33,605 nt of DNA from a virus. Its lineage: Duplodnaviria > Caudoviricetes. The notes below the pieces were generated by a model. The model saw nothing but the letters and a program-made list of their open reading frames with translations, ran no database searches and was not told the DNA's origin. Shown piece by piece: positions 9,782 to 16,071 of the stretch. The DNA lies in the IMG/VR virus record IMGVR_UViG_3300032319_000307, positions 1-33,605 of that record, one strand, 5' to 3'. Every line of letters begins with the position of its first letter. The first letter of the stretch is position 1. The translations under genes and the position numbers were made by a program.

Positions 9782-10627
9782 ATGATAGATATATCAAAAT
9801 TGAAGAGTCGTTTGAACTCTCTTTCAAACACAAATCAAAAATCTAACTTGATTTGGAAGCCAAAGCCAGGTAAACAAGTAGTTCGTATTGTTCCCTACAA
9901 GTATGAACCTGATAATCCGTTTATCGAACTAAAGTTTCATTATAACATCAACAACAAGACGTATCTATCTCCTGATAGTTTTGGTCGTCCAGATCCGATT
10001 GTTGAGTTTAGTAACCGCTTGAAGAAGACTGGTTCTAAAGAAGATTGGCAGATGGGTCGTAAGATGGAACCCAAGATGCGTACATTTGCTCCCGTAATTG
10101 TCCGTGGTGAAGAAGGTGAAGGAGTTAAGTTCTGGGGATTTGGTAAGCAAGTTTATCAAGAACTTCTATCAATCATTAGTGATCCTGACTTTGGTGACAT
10201 TACCGATCTAACCGGTGGACGTGATATTATCGTAGAATTTAAGACTGCTGAAGGAGGAGCTAGTTTCCCAGAAACAAGTATTCGTGTTAAGCCAAATGTT
10301 AGTGTAGCGATTGATCCAAAAAACGCACAGTTGCTTGAGGCACTAAAGTCACAAGTTAACATCTTGGATCTTTTCCCGGAATTTTCTTATGAAGAGCTCA
10401 AAGAAGTTATGGATAAGTGGTTGAATCCTGATGCAGAATCAGCTGAAACTGTTGTACTAACTACATCAGCTACATCACCCACAGATGATGACGACGTTCC
10501 ATTCACAGCACCAACCACTCCATCCGTGGTTACAACCTCAGTTAAAGCAGTACAGTCACCAAGTACGGTTAAAGCTAAAGGTAAAGACAGTGTAGAACAA
10601 GCATTTGATGACTTGTTTAACTCCTAA
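9782..10627 (+). CDS. T4 gp32-like single-stranded DNA-binding protein
   Basis: WKPKPGKQVVRIVP, PDPIVEF, VKFWGFGKQVYQEL, GDITDLTGGRD, and an acidic C-terminal tail (AFDDLFNS). Lies upstream of the recombinase gene. Confidence 0.85.
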   Translation: MIDISKLKSRLNSLSNTNQKSNLIWKPKPGKQVVRIVPYKYEPDNPFIELKFHYNINNKTYLSPDSFGRPDPIVEFSNRLKKTGSKEDWQMGRKMEPKMRTFAPVIVRGEEGEGVKFWGFGKQVYQELLSIISDPDFGDITDLTGGRDIIVEFKTAEGGASFPETSIRVKPNVSVAIDPKNAQLLEALKSQVNILDLFPEFSYEELKEVMDKWLNPDAESAETVVLTTSATSPTDDDDVPFTAPTTPSVVTTSVKAVQSPSTVKAKGKDSVEQAFDDLFNS

Positions 10628-10637
10628 AAAATAAAAA

Positions 10638-10671
10638 TAAGCCGGTGGAGTTTTTATACCCCACCGGCTTA
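10638..10671. terminator. Strong intergenic hairpin (terminator or processing/stability element)
   Basis: TAAGCCGGTGG (10638-10648) pairs with CCACCGGCTTA (10661-10671), an 11-bp perfect stem. A-tract on the 5' side, no U-tract on the + strand. Confidence 0.55.
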
Positions 10672-10686
10672 CTAGTTATATACGTT

Positions 10687-11421
10687 ATGGCAAAAAAAAG
10701 TGTTATTAAAGAGTCGGGTCAACGAGACGAATTAATCGAATTGTTGGCAAATGAGTTAAACAAAGCAAACAAAGACGGTGGTAAAATTGCTTATTTTTTA
10801 GATGAACAGGAAAATCCAGCTGAAATTAGTGACTGGATTAGTACAGGTTCTTCTATTCTGGATCTAGCCATTAGTAATCGTCCACACGGCGGTCTACCTG
10901 TGGGTAAGATGATTGAATTTAATGGATTGGAAGGAACTGGAAAAAGTCTAGTTTCAGCACATGTTGTTGCTGACACTCAAAAGAAAGGTGGTGTTGCTGT
11001 AGTAATTGATACAGAAAATTCAGCAGCCCCAGAATTCTGGAAAAGTCTTGGTGTAGATTTATCAAAACTTCTATATGTTCAATGTGAAACTGTTGAGGAT
11101 ATCTTTGAACAGATGGAGAAGATGATTGCAATTGTAAGAAAGTCTAACAAAGATCGTATTCTTACAATTATTGTTGACTCTGTTGCAGCTGCATCAACAA
11201 AGGCGGAATTGGAAAGTGATCATGGTAAGGATGGTTATGCAACTGGTAAGAGTATTATTATCAGTAAAGCAATGCGTAAGATTACTACAATGATAGGTCG
11301 TCAGAAGGTACTTACTGTATTTACTAATCAGTTGCGTCAGAATTTAAATGCTATGGCATTTGGGGATAAGTATTGTGTAGACCCACTCACAACTAAAATT
11401 AAAATTAGATATAAAGTCTAA
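10687..11421 (+). CDS. uvsX: RecA/UvsX recombinase N-terminal part (229-aa N-extein) fused to a 15-aa N-intein
   Basis: ISTGSSILDLAI, Walker A GLEGTGKS, Walker B IIVDSVAA, FTNQLR, then AFGDKY-CVDPLTTKIKIRYKV*. ATG 10687 preferred over GTG 10645, which lies inside the hairpin. Confidence 0.93.
   Translation: MAKKSVIKESGQRDELIELLANELNKANKDGGKIAYFLDEQENPAEISDWISTGSSILDLAISNRPHGGLPVGKMIEFNGLEGTGKSLVSAHVVADTQKKGGVAVVIDTENSAAPEFWKSLGVDLSKLLYVQCETVEDIFEQMEKMIAIVRKSNKDRILTIIVDSVAAASTKAELESDHGKDGYATGKSIIISKAMRKITTMIGRQKVLTVFTNQLRQNLNAMAFGDKYCVDPLTTKIKIRYKV
11374..11418 (+). other. N-terminal split-intein fragment (IntN, 15 aa)
   Basis: Begins with Cys1 exactly where RecA similarity stops; CVDPLTTKIKI fits intein block A; stop codon follows immediately. 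Confidence 0.88.
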
Positions 11422-11434
11422 CATTTTTTGCATC

Positions 11435-11488
11435 TTTCCTCCTCTTACTATATATTTATATTGTATATATTACAACTAAGAGGAGAAA
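11435..11488 (+). promoter_or_regulatory. Hairpin sequestering the endonuclease RBS, with a TATTTATA motif in the loop
   Basis: CTCCTCTTA (11439-11447) is complementary to TAAGAGGAG (11477-11485), which contains the SD 6 nt before ATG 11492. Confidence 0.75.
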
Positions 11489-11491
11489 AAA

Positions 11492-12526
11492 ATGAATATT
11501 TTAGATTATGTAGACATTGATTTATCTTGGAAAAGGGACAAACCTATTTTTAAATTTCTAATAAAAGAAGAAAAAAAGATAACACAAGATTTTCCAATAA
11601 AATGTATAGTGAATAATAAAAAAATATCAAAAACGGGTGAACCGTATTATGTACATTATTTAGGAAACATTGGCATCGATGTATATAGAGAAAGAAAGAA
11701 ATTATTTAGTCTATATAGTTTAATACCTTTTTATATAAAACACTATAACAAAAATGTTGTTGAATTAAACAATTATTTGGAAGTTTTGCATGCGAATAAT
11801 TCAAAAGGATTGGTAAATTTATATAAGACTGAGAGAGGCGAACTAATTCGAAAAAAACAATCGGATTGGTCAACTGCACATTCTAAAGAAATATCTACTA
11901 GAAATAAAATGTTATGGAAAGATGGTGTGTATGTAAAAAAAGCAATGAATAGAGATTATTCATATGACAATCATGGGAAAAAAGTTGAGAGCTTTTATTC
12001 AGATGAAAAAAATAAAGAATATATTAAATCTGTAATGAATGCTCCTGATAGAATCAAAAAAATATCTATTTCATCTAAAAACATGTGGCATAACGCAAAA
12101 AATTCAAATAAAGAATTATTTTATAGAATGATAAATTCTTCTAAAAATAAAAATTATGAAATAAATGGAATTAAATTGAATAGCATAGAATATACCGTAG
12201 GAATTTTATTAAATACTATGAATTTGGATTGGAAACACGAACAAATTTTTAATTTTGAAAACACTTGCTATTTACCAGACTTCTATATAGAATCAAAGAA
12301 CTTGATAGTGGAATGTTATGGAGACTTTTGGCATGCTAATCCAAAATTTTTTACTGAAATACAAACCACACACAAAAATAGAGTAGTAAAAGATATCTGG
12401 CAATATGACCTATTGAAAAAAGAAATTTTTGAAAAAAATGGATATAAATATTTATTTTTTTGGGAATATGATATAATTGAAAATTTGGAAAATATTAAAA
12501 CAAAAATATATGACATCACAAGATAA
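11492..12526 (+). CDS. Free-standing homing endonuclease, Vsr/DUF559-like C-terminal nuclease with basic N-terminal DNA-binding region
   Basis: LNSIEY...YLPDFYIESKNLIVECYGDFWHANP...GYKYLFFWEYDI. Located between the two recA halves; visibly more AT/AAA-rich than the recA exteins. Confidence 0.85.
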   Translation: MNILDYVDIDLSWKRDKPIFKFLIKEEKKITQDFPIKCIVNNKKISKTGEPYYVHYLGNIGIDVYRERKKLFSLYSLIPFYIKHYNKNVVELNNYLEVLHANNSKGLVNLYKTERGELIRKKQSDWSTAHSKEISTRNKMLWKDGVYVKKAMNRDYSYDNHGKKVESFYSDEKNKEYIKSVMNAPDRIKKISISSKNMWHNAKNSNKELFYRMINSSKNKNYEINGIKLNSIEYTVGILLNTMNLDWKHEQIFNFENTCYLPDFYIESKNLIVECYGDFWHANPKFFTEIQTTHKNRVVKDIWQYDLLKKEIFEKNGYKYLFFWEYDIIENLENIKTKIYDITR

Positions 12527-12902
12527 ATACATAGAAGAGGAAATGACAATATCAGAATTTGCCGAGAGATTTCTCGGAATTAATAAATTTGTCCCAAATG
12601 AAAATTCCATCGAAGAAATAGACATTTCTCACATGGATATTGAAATATTTGGACATGATTTAAAAACAGGGAAAGATTCATTTAATAAAATTAATAAATT
12701 TATAATAAAACAACCCGTAAATGAACACTATACAGATGGTCACTTGAAGGGTACTGATATGCATCGTATCATAGAAAATAAAAAAGAAATTCATTTAAAA
12801 GATCATCCGGAGTTTAATTTAGTTAAAACGTCAATTAATGTAGTAGATTTTGACATTGAAAATTCTCATAACTATTATGCTAATGGTAGATTAAATCATA
12901 AT
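12510..12902 (+). other. C-terminal split-intein fragment (IntC)
   Basis: Ends in His-Asn (12897-12902) followed by Thr+1; contains block B, so the split site is atypically close to the N-terminus. Confidence 0.9.
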
Positions 12903-13358
12903 ACTGTATCAGGTGGTAAATCACTTGCTTATCATTGCAGTGTCCGAGTTCGTTTGAACAACACAGGTAAACTCAAGAAGGGTGACGAGGTTGTTGGTAA
13001 CGTATGTAAAGCGGTTGTTGTGAAGAATCGTATGGGTCCACCACAACGTCAAGCAAATTTTGATATCTATTTTGATAGTGGAATTGCTGACTATGGTAGT
13101 TGGATTAAAGTTCTAAAAGATCAAAATCTGATTAAACAGGGTGGTGCTTATTACACATACAAGAAGGATGATGGATCCGAATGGAAGTTTCAATCCAAAG
13201 ATTTTGTGACTGTAATGAAAACAGACAAAGAGTTGGGAGAAGAAATTTACATGAAGATTTGTGATGCTGTAATTATGAAGTACAAAGACTTTAATAGTCA
13301 GATCATTGACGATGCTGTTGTGGAGGCGGACGAAGAAACTACTACGTCGGAAGAATAA
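12510..13358 (+). CDS. uvsX: C-intein (~131 aa) fused to the RecA/UvsX C-terminal part (151-aa C-extein)
   Basis: Block B LKGTDMHRII (TxxH), blocks F/G VVDFDIENSHNYYANGRLNHN, then TVSGGKSLAYHCSVRVRL...VVKNRMGPP...QGGAYY (RecA C-half). ATG 12510 overlaps the endonuclease 3' end. Confidence 0.92.
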   Translation: MTSQDKYIEEEMTISEFAERFLGINKFVPNENSIEEIDISHMDIEIFGHDLKTGKDSFNKINKFIIKQPVNEHYTDGHLKGTDMHRIIENKKEIHLKDHPEFNLVKTSINVVDFDIENSHNYYANGRLNHNTVSGGKSLAYHCSVRVRLNNTGKLKKGDEVVGNVCKAVVVKNRMGPPQRQANFDIYFDSGIADYGSWIKVLKDQNLIKQGGAYYTYKKDDGSEWKFQSKDFVTVMKTDKELGEEIYMKICDAVIMKYKDFNSQIIDDAVVEADEETTTSEE

Positions 13359-13375
13359 TAACGTGTTGATAGATT

Positions 13376-13418
13376 GTTTTCCACATAATCTAATATAGAT
13401 GACTATGTGGAAAACTTT
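13376..13418 (+). terminator. Hairpin after recA-C, putative terminator
   Basis: GTTTTCCACATA (13376-13387) pairs with TATGTGGAAAAC (13404-13415), with inner ATCTA/TAGAT, followed by TTT. Confidence 0.55.
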
Positions 13419-13454
13419 CATTTGACGGCGATATATAATACAAACCTCTATTAA

Positions 13455-13583
13455 ATGAACAATTTTGACAACAAAGAAATGAAGAAGTTATTTTCTTTAT
13501 TTCAAAATATAGAAAGTGAATCCGTCACCGAAGGACTTAAAAAATCACTTAATAGTGATGTCCTTTTGGTTGACGGATTGTAG
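13455..13583 (+). CDS. N-terminal 42-aa fragment of the 5'-3' exonuclease/RNase H (absent from the ORF track)
   Basis: Hand translation: MNNFDNKEMKKLFSLFQNIESESVTEGLKKSLNSDVLLVDGL*. Ends in the first catalytic strand LLVDG, and its TAG overlaps the GTG of the next ORF. Confidence 0.8.
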   Translation: MNNFDNKEMKKLFSLFQNIESESVTEGLKKSLNSDVLLVDGL

Positions 13584-14527
13584 TGAATACTTACATTAGA
13601 AGTTTTATGGCCATTCCTTCACTCAACGAAGACGGATTACATACTGGTGGTATTGCTGGATTTTTGAAGAGTATAGGATATGCAATTAAATTACTTTCTC
13701 CTACCCGAGTTATTATCGTATTTGACGGTAAAGGCGGTAGTCAGAAACGCAGAAAGATTTATCCGGATTACAAAAATGGCAGAAAGACAGACATTCGTCT
13801 TAACCGTAATTATGAAGAATTATCTTCCTCACAAATCGAATCTGTAAATTTTAGAAAAGAGTTGGTTCGTACTGTAAATTATTTAGATACATTGCCTGTA
13901 ACAATTATGGCAATTGATCAAATAGAAGCAGATGACACAATTGCTTATTTAGCTAAAGAAACGTTCAAAGACAGTAATGTAACCATTATGTCTACAGACA
14001 AAGATTTCTTACAACTAGCAAGTGATAAGATTAAAATCTGGACTCCGACAAAAAAGAAAATTTTTGGTTGTAAAGAAATATTGGATGAATATGGTATTAC
14101 CTGTAATAACTTTATTCTTTATAGAACTATGGAAGGTGATGTAAGTGATAATATTCCTGGATTGGATGGAGTTGGTTTGAAAAGAGTTGTTAAAGCATTT
14201 CCATTTCTCGCTAACGAAGATCAATCTTGTTTACAACAAATTTATAATTACTCTGAAAATAATCGTGGTAAATATAAAATTTATGATACTGTATTAGACA
14301 ATAAGTTATTGCTTGGTCGTAACTATGAATTGATGCAGTTACATAATACGCAGATTCAATCATTTACACAATTACGTGTAGAAGAAATTATCAATACCCC
14401 CGTCAAGAAAATTGACAAAATTAGCTTTTCTAAGTTAATTACAGAAGACAAAATGTGGAATAATATCCCCAATTATCACATTTGGCTTAATGACTGTTTC
14501 GGCAAATTAAATAGTTTCGTGGAATAA
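13583..14527 (+). CDS. 5'-3' exonuclease / T4 RNase H (FEN-like), main fragment
   Basis: NTYIRSF, IVFDGKGGSQKRRKIYPDYKNGR, IEADDTIAYL, STDKDFLQL, GDVSDNIPGLDGVGLK. Lacks the N-terminal DG, which is in the upstream mini-ORF. Confidence 0.9.
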   Translation: MNTYIRSFMAIPSLNEDGLHTGGIAGFLKSIGYAIKLLSPTRVIIVFDGKGGSQKRRKIYPDYKNGRKTDIRLNRNYEELSSSQIESVNFRKELVRTVNYLDTLPVTIMAIDQIEADDTIAYLAKETFKDSNVTIMSTDKDFLQLASDKIKIWTPTKKKIFGCKEILDEYGITCNNFILYRTMEGDVSDNIPGLDGVGLKRVVKAFPFLANEDQSCLQQIYNYSENNRGKYKIYDTVLDNKLLLGRNYELMQLHNTQIQSFTQLRVEEIINTPVKKIDKISFSKLITEDKMWNNIPNYHIWLNDCFGKLNSFVE

Positions 14528-14547
14528 AAAATGTCGGTTAATAAAAG

Positions 14548-14576
14548 TTGAAAATCACTGAATTCAGTGGTATAAT
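14548..14576 (+). promoter_or_regulatory. Sigma70-type promoter with a palindromic spacer
   Basis: TTGAAA, 17 bp, TATAAT (TGG-TATAAT); spacer contains the perfect palindrome CACTGAATTCAGTG (14556-14569). Confidence 0.7.
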
Positions 14577-14587
14577 AGAGTTATCTT

Positions 14588-15970
14588 ATGGAAAACAAAA
14601 AAGCAATTGATTCATTAACAAAATACGGACGTGACTTCCAAATCAAGTGTATTTCATGCTTAATATCTGATCGTTCATTTATTGAACGTATTAATGATAT
14701 TATCGAAGTAGACTTCTTTGAAAGTGATGCAAACAAGTGGGTTGTAAAAGAAAGTATTAAGTACTTTAACGAATATAAAGATCTGCCAACTTTAACTGTA
14801 TTCAAGATTAAAGTGGATGAAGTAGGTGACGAACTTCTCAAGCGGAGTATCGTAGACAATCTAAAGTTGGTTTACCAAAAGGTAAGTGATAGTGATCTAA
14901 AGTTTGTAAAAGAACAGTTCTTGGAGTTTTGTAAAAATCAGAAACTAAAGAATGCTATTATTGAAAGTGCAGATTTATTGTCGCTTGGTCAATATGATAA
15001 GATTAAAAGTGTAGTTGATCATGCAATGAAAGCTGGTATGGAACGTAATATTGGTCATGATTATACTGAAGATGTAGAAAAACGAATGAGTGTAATGAGT
15101 CGTAATTGTGTTAAAACCAATTGGACTGAAATTGATACCATTATGGATGGTGGATTAGCCGCTGGTGAATTGGGTATTATTACCGCTTGTGCTGGTAGTG
15201 GTAAGAGTTGGGTATTATCTAAACTGGGCGTTGAAGCGATGAAACAAGGTAAAAATGTAGTTCATTTTACTCTTGAGTTGAATGAAAACTATGTGGGTCT
15301 TCGTTACGATGCTTGTTTTACAGGAATTGATTTCCAGAACATTCGTAACAACGTAGATATCGTAAAGAAGAAGATTGCTGATGTACCTGGCAAGTTGAAG
15401 ATCAAATACTTCCCAATTAAAACTGTAAGTGCATATAGTCTTAAGTCGCATTGTGAAAGATTGGCAGTACTTGGTACCAAAGTTGATATGATTATTGTTG
15501 ACTACGCTGATATTCTACGTCCATCACAGAGTGAACGTAATAGTAACAGTTATAGTGAAGCTGGTGGTATCTATGAAGAACTTCGTGGTGTAGCCGGTGA
15601 GTTACAAGTTCCTATTTGGAGCGCTTCACAGAGTAATCGTGCTGCTATGGATGAAGACATTATTCAGGCTAACAACATCGCTGATAGTTATCGTAAGATT
15701 ATGACTGCTGACTTTGTTCTTAGTCTAAGTCGTAAAGTTAACGATAAACAAGCAAATACTGCACGATTCCACGTTATTAAGAATCGTTTTGGTCCGGATG
15801 GTTTGACATTCCCAAGTAAGATGAACGCTAGTTGTGGTCATATTGAGATCTATGGAGAGAATAGTCGTGAAGGAATGGGTATCATGAATGAAATGATGGA
15901 TGGTGAAAATCAAGTTAAGAAGGCTCTAAAATCCAAATGGAACGTTCATAACGTAGAAGATAATGAATAA
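14588..15970 (+). CDS. Replicative DNA helicase, DnaB/T4 gp41-like
   Basis: GGLAAGELGII, Walker A AGSGKS, FTLEL, IIVDYADIL, WSASQSNR, KNRFG. Confidence 0.93.
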   Translation: MENKKAIDSLTKYGRDFQIKCISCLISDRSFIERINDIIEVDFFESDANKWVVKESIKYFNEYKDLPTLTVFKIKVDEVGDELLKRSIVDNLKLVYQKVSDSDLKFVKEQFLEFCKNQKLKNAIIESADLLSLGQYDKIKSVVDHAMKAGMERNIGHDYTEDVEKRMSVMSRNCVKTNWTEIDTIMDGGLAAGELGIITACAGSGKSWVLSKLGVEAMKQGKNVVHFTLELNENYVGLRYDACFTGIDFQNIRNNVDIVKKKIADVPGKLKIKYFPIKTVSAYSLKSHCERLAVLGTKVDMIIVDYADILRPSQSERNSNSYSEAGGIYEELRGVAGELQVPIWSASQSNRAAMDEDIIQANNIADSYRKIMTADFVLSLSRKVNDKQANTARFHVIKNRFGPDGLTFPSKMNASCGHIEIYGENSREGMGIMNEMMDGENQVKKALKSKWNVHNVEDNE

Positions 15971-16071
15971 TTCATAGTATGAACTAGACGAAAAACATAT
16001 AAAAAAATATTAAAAAAGTTACAGACTAAACGCAAAATAAACTATCTAAACAATAGTTATTTTTTACCCGT

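Noticed and set aside
11374-12902. Group I intron interrupting recA
   Set aside because: Both boundaries encode intein motifs (Cys1; TxxH; HN-Thr), and there is only ~70 nt of non-coding sequence, too little for a ribozyme core.
13581-13586. Stop-codon reassignment or TAG readthrough explaining the exonuclease break
   Set aside because: The downstream part is in a different frame, and TAG is followed by in-frame TGA. Other genes are full-length in the standard code, and TAG ends genes at 5451 and 20742.
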